A stretch of DNA of 64,000 nucleotides, taken from the NCBI GenBank assembly GCA_035518815.1, contig DATIXG010000074.1, positions 441 through 64,440 of the forward strand. Reading direction: 5' to 3'. A program made the translations under genes and the position numbers. Positions 23,317 through 32,494 of the stretch are shown piece after piece. The notes under the pieces are model-generated. The model was given only the letters and a program-made list of their open reading frames with translations. It was not told the origin of the DNA and searched no databases. This DNA is from Gemmatimonadales bacterium. GTDB lineage: Bacteria; Gemmatimonadota; Gemmatimonadetes; Gemmatimonadales; GWC2-71-9. How positions within the stretch are numbered: position 1 is the first letter of the stretch; every line of letters begins with the position of its first letter.

Positions 23317-23942
23317 TGCGCGTCTCCGGCGCTGCCGGGCGGGCGCCGCGCGGGGGCGGGTGCCGCGGCCTTGACGAAGGTGCGCAGCGCCACGTCCGCC
23401 TCGAGCAGTTGCCCCGCGGTGTCGGCGAGCAGGCGCTGCGCGCCCTGCGAGGCCCGCTTGACCGACAAGTCCTGCGGCACGACCACGCGCGACAGGCTCG
23501 CGATGTCGGAGAGGTACTCGCCCAGCTGGTCGTAGTGGCCCACGATCTCGAGCCGGTAGCGGTACGTGTCGAACATCGGCCCGGGCTCGACCGGCAGCGG
23601 GTCGATTCGGTTGATCGTGACGCCCCGGACCTTCGCCTTCGTCGAGAAGTCGTCGATCAGCGCGGGGACCTCGTTCTTTTCGGGAACCAGCCGGCGCATC
23701 AGCGCGACGAGCGACCGGTATTGCTCGACCTTGGCCCGCAGATCCTCGACCGTGCCCTGCGCCAGGTCCCGCTTGACGTCGTCCAGGACCTTCTGGAGGC
23801 TGTCGATCTGGACCTTGGTCGTTGCGATCTCCTCGCTCGCGGGCTTGTAGTAGTAGTTCCAGAACGCGTAGCCCAGAGCCACGGCCCCGATGGTGGCGAG
23901 CAGCATCACCTGGCTGCGCTGGTCGGCAGGAAGGAGGGCCAT
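23313..23942 (-). CDS. pilO: Pilus assembly protein PilO (alignment subcomplex)
   Basis: Single TM (VMLLATIGAVALGYAFW), then coiled coil and a ferredoxin-like domain; conserved position. Confidence 0.8.
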   Translation of the reverse strand: MALLPADQRSQVMLLATIGAVALGYAFWNYYYKPASEEIATTKVQIDSLQKVLDDVKRDLAQGTVEDLRAKVEQYRSLVALMRRLVPEKNEVPALIDDFSTKAKVRGVTINRIDPLPVEPGPMFDTYRYRLEIVGHYDQLGEYLSDIASLSRVVVPQDLSVKRASQGAQRLLADTAGQLLEADVALRTFVKAAAPAPARRPPGSAGDAQ

Positions 23943-23945
23943 GCG

Positions 23946-24662
23946 CTATCTCAGGGACTGGGTGAACGGCACGGTGTGGATGTACACGGAGTCCGCCACC
24001 TTGTATTTCATCGTGATCGTGAACGCCGTGACCGGACGATCCTGCTCGACGACCGTCTGGGAGGAGAGCGGCGTCACGTCGGTGAACCAGGGCGACGCCG
24101 CGAGCTGGCGCAGGAACGTCGTATACGCCTGGATGTCCACCGTGCTGCCCGTGATCTGCACGCGAACGGGTTGCGGCCCGGCGCGCGACGTGTCGCGGCC
24201 GCCGGCGGGCGGCGGCGCGTTGCCGCCCTGCTGGGTCAGCTGGCCGAGCGTCGTGAGCCAGGTGTAGGGCGGAAGCGCCTTGGCGAGCTGATCCAGGACG
24301 TGCGGCCAGATATAGCGCTCGGCGTCGATCGAGCGGATCACCGCGATCTCCGCGACGAGCGAATCGCGGATCCGCTCGGACTGGCGCTTCTGGGCGATCA
24401 CGACGTCGAAGCGCTTCTTCTCCGTCTGGACCGCCTCGAGGCGGGAGTTCAGGACCGCGATGCGCGCCCGGCTGGTGACGAACAGCGCGCCACCGCCCGC
24501 CAGGAGCGCCACCCAGGCGCCGCTGGCGGCGAGTAGCCACGGGTTCTTGATCCCGGCGATGAGCCCCTTGAGGCTCTCCAGTCGAAACTGGAAGCCCGGG
24601 CCGCCGCCCGCGCCGGACTTTTTCTTCTTCCGTTTGGTAGGAAGAAGATTTATTTCAATCAC
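23946..24662 (-). CDS. pilN: Pilus assembly protein PilN
   Basis: IEINLLP N-terminal PilM-binding motif, single TM, coiled coil. The GTG start overlaps the pilM TGA. Confidence 0.85.
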   Translation of the reverse strand: MIEINLLPTKRKKKKSGAGGGPGFQFRLESLKGLIAGIKNPWLLAASGAWVALLAGGGALFVTSRARIAVLNSRLEAVQTEKKRFDVVIAQKRQSERIRDSLVAEIAVIRSIDAERYIWPHVLDQLAKALPPYTWLTTLGQLTQQGGNAPPPAGGRDTSRAGPQPVRVQITGSTVDIQAYTTFLRQLAASPWFTDVTPLSSQTVVEQDRPVTAFTITMKYKVADSVYIHTVPFTQSLR

Positions 24663-25708
24663 GGGCGCCTCAACGCGAGACCGATCGCGAGCATGAGCAG
24701 CGGCGCCACCTCATCGGCCGCCACCACGTCGAAGACCGAGTCCTGTACCTTGAGCCGCTGCAGCGGGTTCGCGATCTCGACGGGAACTCGCAACCTCGTT
24801 GCCAGGGCCTCGTTCAACCCGGGGATGCGGGCCCCGCCCCCGCTCGTATAGACGCGCGTCAACCCACCGCTCGAGCGCGACGCCGTGGCCAGGAAGGCCG
24901 CCGCGCGCTCGACGCCCACCGCGATCTCCTCGCCTCTCGCGTCTACGTACGAGCCCAGGTCCGCACTCTGGGTCTGGCCCTGGATCACCCGCTCCGATTC
25001 CTCCGCTGACAGCTGCTTTTCGCGCTGCAAATCCTCGCGGAAGCGCCGGGTGCCGACGGGCAGATCCCGGGTCAGAACCGGGACCGCATCCTCGAGAATG
25101 TTCACGTTCGTCACTTCATGCCCGATGTTGACGAGCCCCACGACCCCCTGCATCCCGTCGGGATGGTTCAGCTCGAACGCGTTGTGGATCGCGAAGGCAT
25201 CCACGTCGATGAGCGCGGGCTCGAGGCCGGCCTCCGAAAGCAGGCTCACCCGGTTCTCGACCAACTCCCGTTTCGCCGCGACCAGGAGGACGTTCATTTG
25301 GAGCCGCTCGGCTTCGGGGTCGAGGATCTGGAAGTCCAGCTCGACGTTCGCCATGTCGAATGGCACGTGTTGCTCCGCCTCCCAGCGAATCACCTCGCGC
25401 GCGTCGTTCTCTGTCATCCGGTCCATCTGGATCTTCTTGACGATCACGTCACGCCCGCCGACCGCCGTCACCACCGACTTCTGCTTGACCGCCGCCGTGG
25501 AAAACAGCCCCCGGATCGCCTCGCTCACGAGGCCGGGATCCATCACCTCGCCCTCGACGATGGCGTCGGTCGCCACTTCCGTCGTGGCGACTTTGACGAG
25601 CTCTGGCTCGCTCCCGGAGTGGTCGATCACCACCAGCTTGATGATCCCGGAGCCGATGTCGAGCCCAACTGACCTTTTTTTGCCGCCCAACAAGCCAAAT
25701 AGAGCCAT
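24659..25708 (-). CDS. pilM: Pilus assembly ATPase-like protein PilM
   Basis: Actin-like fold start VGLDIGSGIIKLVVI; 349 aa; heads the pilMNOPQ cluster. Confidence 0.9.
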   Translation of the reverse strand: MALFGLLGGKKRSVGLDIGSGIIKLVVIDHSGSEPELVKVATTEVATDAIVEGEVMDPGLVSEAIRGLFSTAAVKQKSVVTAVGGRDVIVKKIQMDRMTENDAREVIRWEAEQHVPFDMANVELDFQILDPEAERLQMNVLLVAAKRELVENRVSLLSEAGLEPALIDVDAFAIHNAFELNHPDGMQGVVGLVNIGHEVTNVNILEDAVPVLTRDLPVGTRRFREDLQREKQLSAEESERVIQGQTQSADLGSYVDARGEEIAVGVERAAAFLATASRSSGGLTRVYTSGGGARIPGLNEALATRLRVPVEIANPLQRLKVQDSVFDVVAADEVAPLLMLAIGLALRRP

Positions 25709-25749
25709 TGGCAGCCTGGAGTTAGTGGTAGACCGGGCGAGGGCAAACT

Positions 25750-25778
25750 ACAGTAAGGTTGGGCCCTTATCCTGTCAA
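25750..25778 (-). promoter_or_regulatory. Sigma-70-type promoter candidate for pilMNOPQ
   Basis: The minus strand reads TTGACA-17 nt-TACTGT (plus-strand tgtcaa 25773-25778, acagta 25750-25755). It sits in a 121-nt lower-GC gap, about 40 nt upstream of the pilM ATG. Confidence 0.4.
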
Positions 25779-25829
25779 GCCTCGAACCTACACGAGATTG
25801 GATAGCTAAACTACGTTGATTTCAAACAC

Positions 25830-26930
25830 TTAAGGCGCTTCGGAGAGCCCGAGCCAACCACGGCTCGAGAACATCACGGCGGGGGCCACTGACTCCAACG
25901 CCTTGACCACAGCGCACTTAGAGTATGTGATCGCAACTGATCCCGCAACCCCGGCCTCTAAGGTAGCGCTGTCGGCCGCGAACACCGCGCCCCAGACCGC
26001 GACGTCCTTGGCGGCACCTGGCGTGACCCGCAGGGCCCCACCGACCAGCACGAGACCTCGCCACCGTAGGCCGCCCCGGACCGTGAGGTCCCCGTCCACC
26101 AAGAGCGTACCCTGACCGTCCACCCCCGCCAGGGTAGCGGCCCCAACTATATGCACCACAGGCAGATACCCGCCGCATACCTGGTTAGGCTGCGTTCCGC
26201 CCCAGTTGGTAGCGACAGTCTCATCACAGCGACCGTCCACTACTGTCGGCCCGATGTTGCTCAACACCGCCGCGCCGGCAACCGAGCGCGTGGCGAGGGA
26301 AGCCAGCTCGGCGTACGTGAACCCTCCGGACGAGAAGGCCGCCAGGCCACCTCGCACCGTGTCGAGCCCTACCCGGTTGCTGTCGGGTGGCCCGCAGGGC
26401 TCCCAATCCGGGGGCAAGCCATCCCGTCCAGCAATAGAGACCGTGCCCGCTCGGCGGCTGCCCTTCCCCACCGTGAGGGCGGCGACCAGGCCAGGGGCGA
26501 CCGGCTGAACGCGGGCGAGCACGGCGACCCGCTGTCGTACGGCGGACGCTCCTGGCGGCGGGCCCCAGTCATCGCGCCCGGTCATGTCAATCAAATAGAG
26601 CTCGCTGTTCAGCTTGTAGACTTGCCCGCCATAGGCACCGGTGCCGTGCGGGGCGGCCGTCCAGTCCGCCGGGAAGCCGGCCGGCACCATCGCCGAATGG
26701 AAGGGATATGGGTCGTGCACATTGTAGGTCCGCGGGTCCCAGGCGCGGAGCACTTCGAGTGCACCTTCCTCCGCCACCCCGAACGCCTGCTGTACGCGAA
26801 CGCCGCTGCCGCTCAGGCGCCCTTCCTCGAACGCCACGTAGAACATCAACGCGGTGAGTCCCCCTCCCACCACGATCACGACGATGGCGAGAGCGAGCGC
26901 CATGCCTCGCTCTCCCCGCGCGTTGCTCAC
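25830..26930 (-). CDS. PilX/GspK-like minor pilin (set B)
   Basis: N-terminus ERGMALALAIVVIVVGG: prepilin-like hydrophobic helix without Glu at +5, as in PilX/GspK. The GTG start overlaps the upstream TGA. Confidence 0.6.
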   Translation of the reverse strand: MSNARGERGMALALAIVVIVVGGGLTALMFYVAFEEGRLSGSGVRVQQAFGVAEEGALEVLRAWDPRTYNVHDPYPFHSAMVPAGFPADWTAAPHGTGAYGGQVYKLNSELYLIDMTGRDDWGPPPGASAVRQRVAVLARVQPVAPGLVAALTVGKGSRRAGTVSIAGRDGLPPDWEPCGPPDSNRVGLDTVRGGLAAFSSGGFTYAELASLATRSVAGAAVLSNIGPTVVDGRCDETVATNWGGTQPNQVCGGYLPVVHIVGAATLAGVDGQGTLLVDGDLTVRGGLRWRGLVLVGGALRVTPGAAKDVAVWGAVFAADSATLEAGVAGSVAITYSKCAVVKALESVAPAVMFSSRGWLGLSEAP

Positions 26931-27853
26931 GGGCCTTCGCTAGGGCGGGGGTTGTTGCGGAGAGCCACGCGGGTCACGAGGCTGTCCGATTCGTACTCCA
27001 AGCGGTGGGTGCCGGGCGCCCGTACCGGGCGCGCCGTTCTGCCGCGCACCCGGATCTCGATCTGGGCCACCCGGACGGTTGAGCTGGTAGGTGCACCGGT
27101 GCTGTCGAAGAACGCGAACGCCACGCCCGCCGGGCCGATGAGAGGGCCGATCAGGGGCTGGACGGTTTCATCCTGGACTTGCTGGCCGAGGTACCACTGC
27201 GTGTCCGCCGGGGAGCGATAGACCGCGTACGCCACGCTTTCGAACCCGCGCAGCGGCGCGCCGCGGGTTACGGCACGGAGGTCCGGCGGACCGTCGCTCG
27301 ACCAGGGCAACTCGACGGTCAGGCGATATCCGGGGCGCGGCTGGTCCGCGTCCGGGCAGGCATCGTCCGAGACCGCGCGAATCCGCCCCCTCCACCAGCG
27401 GTCGTCCTCCCGGGTCGCCGGGTCGCCTTCGAAGAAGAGCAGCGCGGAGTCACCGGCGCTGAACGACTGGCGCAGGCCAAGGAGCGGGCGTTGCCGCACG
27501 GTCACGGCCAGCGCGCCGTCATCCTGACGGTGCGGGACCGTGCAGAGGAAGGCGAGCTGCCGGGTGGCTCGGATCCGGATCGAGGTCGTCGCCATGGCGG
27601 TGATATCGGAATCGCCGGCGTCGAGCTCCCGCAGCTCCGCCGGCAGGATGGCCGCGCTCGCGCGGAGGGTGCGCTCGAGCTCCACCCGCTCCGCCTCCCG
27701 CGAGTAGCTGCGCCGCGTCGCGTCGAGCGCTTGCCACAGGCCCGCGGCGACAACGGCGAGCAGCGTCAGAGCCAGCAGCAGCTCGACGAGTGAGAACCCT
27801 CGCGGCTTCAGACGCGGCACGAGACCTCGGTTTCGAGGCTGTCCGCACGCCAC
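26927..27853 (-). CDS. PilW-like minor pilin (set B)
   Basis: Prepilin cleavage/methylation motif KPRG/FSLVELLLALTLL. Start is GTG 27853 or GTG 27820. Confidence 0.7.
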   Translation of the reverse strand: MACGQPRNRGLVPRLKPRGFSLVELLLALTLLAVVAAGLWQALDATRRSYSREAERVELERTLRASAAILPAELRELDAGDSDITAMATTSIRIRATRQLAFLCTVPHRQDDGALAVTVRQRPLLGLRQSFSAGDSALLFFEGDPATREDDRWWRGRIRAVSDDACPDADQPRPGYRLTVELPWSSDGPPDLRAVTRGAPLRGFESVAYAVYRSPADTQWYLGQQVQDETVQPLIGPLIGPAGVAFAFFDSTGAPTSSTVRVAQIEIRVRGRTARPVRAPGTHRLEYESDSLVTRVALRNNPRPSEGP

Positions 27854-28179
27854 CCGTGCCGCTCTGTGGGGGAGCTCATGCGCAGCACGATGCGCCAGTG
27901 GCCGCTCCCCGCGTCTACGAACCGCCAGGCGATCGAGTCAAGTGGGGCGTCAGCGCTGCCGCGAACCTCGGACCCGGCGGTCCGCGAGGCGCACACCGTA
28001 GTGCGGAGGCGTTCCAGACGGGCAGCGGCGAGGGTCGTCACGCGCGTGGCGCGCCGGGCGCGGCCGATCAGGCGGGTGGCGGTGGCTGCGGTAGCGAGGA
28101 GGCCGAGCACGCCGACCTCGAGTACGACGAGGGCGATGACGACTTCGAGCAGAGTGAAACCGCGGGGATGGCGCGCCAC
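27808..28179 (-). CDS. PilV-like minor pilin (set B)
   Basis: HPRG/FTLLEVVIALVVL prepilin motif; 123 aa; GTG start. Confidence 0.75.
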   Translation of the reverse strand: MARHPRGFTLLEVVIALVVLEVGVLGLLATAATATRLIGRARRATRVTTLAAARLERLRTTVCASRTAGSEVRGSADAPLDSIAWRFVDAGSGHWRIVLRMSSPTERHGWRADSLETEVSCRV

Positions 28180-28255
28180 GCGCCGAACATGCTCCGCCCC
28201 CTACCAGTGTCCGGTATCAGAAAACCACGGAACGTGTTCAGCTATTGCAACGCGA

Positions 28256-28296
28256 GGCGGCCTGAGCTCCGCGCTATTCGCGAAGCTCAGGCCGCC
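28256..28296 (-). terminator. 13-bp perfect inverted repeat between the two minor-pilin sets
   Basis: ggcggcctgagct (28256-28268) pairs with agctcaggccgcc (28284-28296). The loop can extend the stem (CGCG...CGCG). No U-tract on either strand. Confidence 0.35.
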
Positions 28297-28325
28297 GTGT
28301 CTCACGACCCATGTGGACCGGGGTG

Positions 28326-30245
28326 CTAGTGCGTCAGCGGAACCAGCAGCGGCCAGTACGTGGCGATGTTGAAGTTCGTCGGCTCGACCTCGTAGTAGTG
28401 ACCCTTCGCGAAGTGGCCCGTCGTCGGGAAGTACGGCGGCGGATTGGTCGCGGCGCACTGGTCGTACGAATACCGCTTCAGGTTACCCGTACCGCTGGCC
28501 GTACCCACGGCGCCGCGCTGCTGCTGAATCACGCCACCGGTCAGGTAGAGACAGCCGCGCCCCTTGGCGAGCGTCTGGCACGGCTCCGCGCTGTTCGAGC
28601 CCTGGTCGTAGTTCTCCACGGTGAAGTTGCTGAGCGCCAGGAGGGTACCCTGGATGAACTCATCCATCGTGTCGTCCCAGGTAAAGGGATTCGTGCAGCT
28701 CGACGACGCGCAGCCCGTCGAGCTGCCCTTGGCCGGGATGGGATCGTTGATGAGGTTGTCGGCGACCACGATATCGGTGCCGCTGAACAGCCCCAGCATG
28801 TCCCGGTTCGGGGACGCACACGGCAGCCCAACCCCCGGGTCGGTGACGTACTTGATGTCGTCGGCGATGACGATGTTGTCCGTCGCCGCCAGGGTGATCT
28901 GCCCGCGGACCGTGCCGCTGACCGCCACTTTGCCCGTCACGAAAATCACGCCCTTGAAGTTCGGATTGAGGGCGCGGTTGACGGGCCACAGGTAGGCCGC
29001 ATCCCCGATCGCCGCGCGCGCGGCCGTGACCCGAGGGTCCACGGCACCCGACCACGGCAGCCACATGCCGACGGAGTCGCACGAATTCGCCGGTGAACAC
29101 GTGCCCGAGGTCGACGTAACGCCCGTCAGGAACTTGCCATGAACCGAAGACGCCGGTATGGAGTCGTTCAGAATCGGATCACCACCGAGGTAGCACCGCC
29201 TGCTGGTCCCGCCGGTGATCGCCGCCCCCGCGAGGTCTCCGGTTGTCCCGGCCGCATGGTGAGCGAACTGCTTGAAGTAGCTGTGCGTTCCCGCCAGGAT
29301 GTGGCCGCAGTTGCGGGACTTGAGCACGCCGTTTGAGGAATACGGAATTGCCACGCCGGTGGCGCTGTAGCCGCCAGTGTCCGCCACCACCCACGCCGCG
29401 TAATTGGCGACGGGGGTCCTGACCACCTGGTAGACCCTCATGAAGCCTTCGTCGACGCCGTTGGCAGTCCCGTCGCCGTTCAAGTCCACGGCCACGAACT
29501 CGATACGAGTGGTCGCCTGGCCGGCGGTGCCGGACGTCGTGCTCGTGATCGCGGTGTTTCCGATCGTCGCCTGCGCCTGGAGCTTGGTGAGATCGGCGGT
29601 CGCCGGGAACGTGATCGCCGGCGCGTTCTCGGTGTAGCCCTGCTTGAACACGCCATAGCTCTTGCCGCTGATCGTCTTGTGGGTCGCGACGGGCCCCCAG
29701 AAGGTGACCCCACCGCTGTTGATCGAGATGGCGTCGTTCGAGAACACGGGCCCGAAGATCTGGTCACCGCTACCGAACTGAATGGCTCCCTCGATGTTCG
29801 TGAAGTACGCGTACTTGGCGAAGCTCTCCTGATAGATCTCGCCCCGGCGTACCACGCGGTCTCCCTGCGTATTCTTGGTGACCACGACGGCACTGCCGAA
29901 CACGCCGAACTGGCCGCTCGTCACACCGACGGGACCAAGGTAGGTCCACCGCTTTACGTTCGGGATCAGGGTACCGTTGGCCGAATAGACGGCGACGCCG
30001 TTCTCCAGCGTGTTGTACCCGGTGTCGGGATAGAGCGCCCTGGACGCGTTCACCGCCGACCGCGCCTCTTCTAGGCCCGCGTCGGCCGCCGTCTCGAGCA
30101 CGCTCATGCGGCTGTGGTAGGTCGTGATCAGCGACGTGCTCGAGCCGAGCAACGCCGCGCCCGCGGCCACCGCCGCGATCGCCAACACGACGAGCAGCAC
30201 CACCACGAGGGCAATGCCTCGCTCGTTACGCAATACCGAACGCAT
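28326..30245 (-). CDS. Large PilX/GspK-like pilus-associated protein (set A), possible tip factor
   Basis: MRSVLRNERG/IALVVVLLVVLAI (no Glu+5), then about 600 aa of beta-rich sequence with beta-helix-like repeats (GVIFVTGKVAVSGTVRGQITLAATDNIVIADDIKYV). ATG 30245 has GGAGAGG upstream. The track ORF is over-extended to 30416. Confidence 0.65.
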   Translation of the reverse strand: MRSVLRNERGIALVVVLLVVLAIAAVAAGAALLGSSTSLITTYHSRMSVLETAADAGLEEARSAVNASRALYPDTGYNTLENGVAVYSANGTLIPNVKRWTYLGPVGVTSGQFGVFGSAVVVTKNTQGDRVVRRGEIYQESFAKYAYFTNIEGAIQFGSGDQIFGPVFSNDAISINSGGVTFWGPVATHKTISGKSYGVFKQGYTENAPAITFPATADLTKLQAQATIGNTAITSTTSGTAGQATTRIEFVAVDLNGDGTANGVDEGFMRVYQVVRTPVANYAAWVVADTGGYSATGVAIPYSSNGVLKSRNCGHILAGTHSYFKQFAHHAAGTTGDLAGAAITGGTSRRCYLGGDPILNDSIPASSVHGKFLTGVTSTSGTCSPANSCDSVGMWLPWSGAVDPRVTAARAAIGDAAYLWPVNRALNPNFKGVIFVTGKVAVSGTVRGQITLAATDNIVIADDIKYVTDPGVGLPCASPNRDMLGLFSGTDIVVADNLINDPIPAKGSSTGCASSSCTNPFTWDDTMDEFIQGTLLALSNFTVENYDQGSNSAEPCQTLAKGRGCLYLTGGVIQQQRGAVGTASGTGNLKRYSYDQCAATNPPPYFPTTGHFAKGHYYEVEPTNFNIATYWPLLVPLTH

Positions 30246-30256
30246 AGGACCTCTCC

Positions 30257-31423
30257 TCAAGGAGTGACTGAGCCACTGAGTGCCTGGGGCGACAGTGCCG
30301 GACTGCAATCCTGCGCCGCCACGGCGTAGTAGTACGTGGTACCGATGCTCACGGAGCCGTCCGTGTACGTGTAGCTCGGCGAGCCCGCCGGGATGCTCAC
30401 CAGGGGATCGCCCCAATCAGGATTCGTAGACACCCGCCGCCAGACGACGTAGCGCTCGACGTCCTTCTCGCCGGCGACCTCGTCCACCGATTGGGCCCAG
30501 GTGAGCTGCACCACGGGGACACCCGCAATCACCACGCGGCTGGCGACGGGCGCGGCGGTGGCAAACGGCGGGTCGCCGCACGACTTCGTGTTGGCTAACC
30601 CTGCGTTCGGGAGCCGGATCATGCGCGAGACCTGCCGCTTGCGCTCGTAGCTGCCGGTGCGGCCGTTGGTCACCGTGTAACTCACCCGCACCGCGCGCAG
30701 GCTGTCGATGAGCGCGAGCGCACCGGTGTCGCTCGGTGACAGGTGGATCTTGGCCGTATGCTGCAGCGGCAGGCTGCCCGCCGCCACGAGCGTGAGGGAC
30801 GGCGTACCGCCACCGAACGGCGTGATCAGACGGTAGTACTGGAGGAACGGCACACCCGACGTTTGCAGCACGTTCCGCGCGACCACTTCCGGCGCCAGGT
30901 TGTTGACCTTGCGGTACAGCAGGTAGTCGTCCGTGCGGCCGCTCGTCGAGTCCTGGACGAAGTAGAACACGATCGTTTCCGCCGCGCTGTTCGCCCCGCT
31001 CACGAAGTACGACGTGTCGGGGTACCCGAAGCTCGTCAGCGGGATCGTCGCCTTCTGCGCCTTGACCAACGCCTGTACCGCGCTGTCGGGCGCGTCCGGG
31101 TTGTAGTAGACCGCCGTCACGTCGCCCGGCGTGTTGGTCCAGTAGTTGGCGTTGAAGGCCACGACGTTCGACGACGCGTAGATCATTTGCGGCTGCTGAT
31201 CCGCCGTCGCCGCCCCCGCGGTGCGCAGGTCCTTCTCCATTTCGTTCAGCACGTAACGCGTGTTCTGGTACATCGACACGCGCTCGGTGCCGAGCTGGAA
31301 GCTCTTGCTCTGCGCCCGCAGGAACGACAGCGCGCCCGCCATTACGATCGAGAAGACGAACAACGCCAGCAACATCTCGATGAGCGTCATACCGCGCTCA
31401 TCGCGCATACGAAGGGTCGTCAT
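30257..31423 (-). CDS. PilW-like minor pilin (set A)
   Basis: DERG/MTLIEMLLALFVF prepilin motif; 388 aa. The ATG overlaps the upstream TGA (ATGA). Confidence 0.75.
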   Translation of the reverse strand: MTTLRMRDERGMTLIEMLLALFVFSIVMAGALSFLRAQSKSFQLGTERVSMYQNTRYVLNEMEKDLRTAGAATADQQPQMIYASSNVVAFNANYWTNTPGDVTAVYYNPDAPDSAVQALVKAQKATIPLTSFGYPDTSYFVSGANSAAETIVFYFVQDSTSGRTDDYLLYRKVNNLAPEVVARNVLQTSGVPFLQYYRLITPFGGGTPSLTLVAAGSLPLQHTAKIHLSPSDTGALALIDSLRAVRVSYTVTNGRTGSYERKRQVSRMIRLPNAGLANTKSCGDPPFATAAPVASRVVIAGVPVVQLTWAQSVDEVAGEKDVERYVVWRRVSTNPDWGDPLVSIPAGSPSYTYTDGSVSIGTTYYYAVAAQDCSPALSPQALSGSVTP

Positions 31424-31794
31424 GGCGCCGCCACCGTCACCGTGCGGGTGACCGCCGGGTTGACCCCCGGGCCGCTCACCGTCACGGTGACTCGTTTGAA
31501 GTCCTGTGAGCCGGCGGTGGTGCGGACGAGCAACGTGGTCCGCGTGAACCCCGGCAGCGTGGGAAAGCTGTTCTCGGTCTTGCCGTATGTCGTATCGAGA
31601 CCGGCGTAGTCCGGGTCGGACCGCACCTGGTCGATCCGGTCGCTCGCGAGCTGGACAGCCGCCTCCTGGCGATCGCCCGTGGCCGCGACGTTCGTCGTCT
31701 TGCCCGTCATCGTCACGAGCCCCACCATCACCACGAGCAGCAGCGTGAGGGCGATGACGACCTCGATCAGGGTGAAACCGCGTTCGTTGTTCAT
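31420..31794 (-). CDS. PilV-like minor pilin (set A)
   Basis: MNNERG/FTLIEVVIALTLL. ATG 31794 overlaps the upstream TGA by 1 nt. The track ORF is over-extended to 31839. Confidence 0.75.
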   Translation of the reverse strand: MNNERGFTLIEVVIALTLLLVVMVGLVTMTGKTTNVAATGDRQEAAVQLASDRIDQVRSDPDYAGLDTTYGKTENSFPTLPGFTRTTLLVRTTAGSQDFKRVTVTVSGPGVNPAVTRTVTVAAP

Positions 31795-32363
31795 CAGAAG
31801 GCCCTCACCCAAGCGCCGAGATTGCTGTAGCGAAACCACGACGCCCGTCCCGTGGCGCGGTCGAGCACGATGGCCCGCGAATCCTGCGGGTAGCCGGAGT
31901 ACTTCATGCCGCGTCTCGAGGTCAGATAGAAGCCGGCCGCCTCACTCGCGCTGCCGTCCCGGTGGAACACCAGCGCCTGGTAGCCGCCGATCGTCTTTGT
32001 GAACGACACGGGCCCGGCGCCGATCGACGCCATCGCGGCGGCGGCGCCCCGCCCGAACACGATGTCGTCGCCGAGCGGTATCCGCCGCACGCGTTCGCCG
32101 GCATCCATGGTCCCGCTGTTGTTGTTGTCTTCGTGCACCCGCAACGCGTTCTGCGTCTGATCGAACATCACGATGATGTCGTGCTGCTGGGCGATCGACT
32201 GACGCTCGAGCGCTAGCAACGTCATGCCCATGGTTTGCATGGCGCTCTCGACCTTGAACTTGGTCACGTCGATCTTGGGCGCCGCGAAGGCAGCGACCAT
32301 CCCCAGGATCAACACGACGATCAGGATCTCGATGAACGTGAAACCTCGGCGCGAATCGCGCAT
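31794..32363 (-). CDS. FimT/FimU/GspH-like minor pilin (set A)
   Basis: SRRG/FTFIEILIVVLILGMVAAFAAPK, 189 aa. Strong GAGGAGGAG ribosome-binding site before ATG 32363. Confidence 0.75.
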   Translation of the reverse strand: MRDSRRGFTFIEILIVVLILGMVAAFAAPKIDVTKFKVESAMQTMGMTLLALERQSIAQQHDIIVMFDQTQNALRVHEDNNNSGTMDAGERVRRIPLGDDIVFGRGAAAAMASIGAGPVSFTKTIGGYQALVFHRDGSASEAAGFYLTSRRGMKYSGYPQDSRAIVLDRATGRASWFRYSNLGAWVRAF

Positions 32364-32494
32364 GAACTCCTCCTCGGCCCGGGACCATGTACACGTCCCA
32401 TGCCATGACGTAAGTCATTTATCTGTAATAAGTTGACACATCAGGTCGGCCCCGGGACCGAGCGCAAAACCTCGCACCCATGCAAAGGCTTGCA

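Noticed and set aside
32463-32478. Sigma-54-like element upstream of the minor-pilin operon (GGGTGCGAGGTTTTGC on the minus strand).
   Set aside because: GG to GC spacing is one nucleotide too long. The AT-rich stretch at 32400-32440, with the small palindrome ATGAC-gtaa-GTCAT, may instead hold a sigma-70-type promoter, but I could not define one convincingly.
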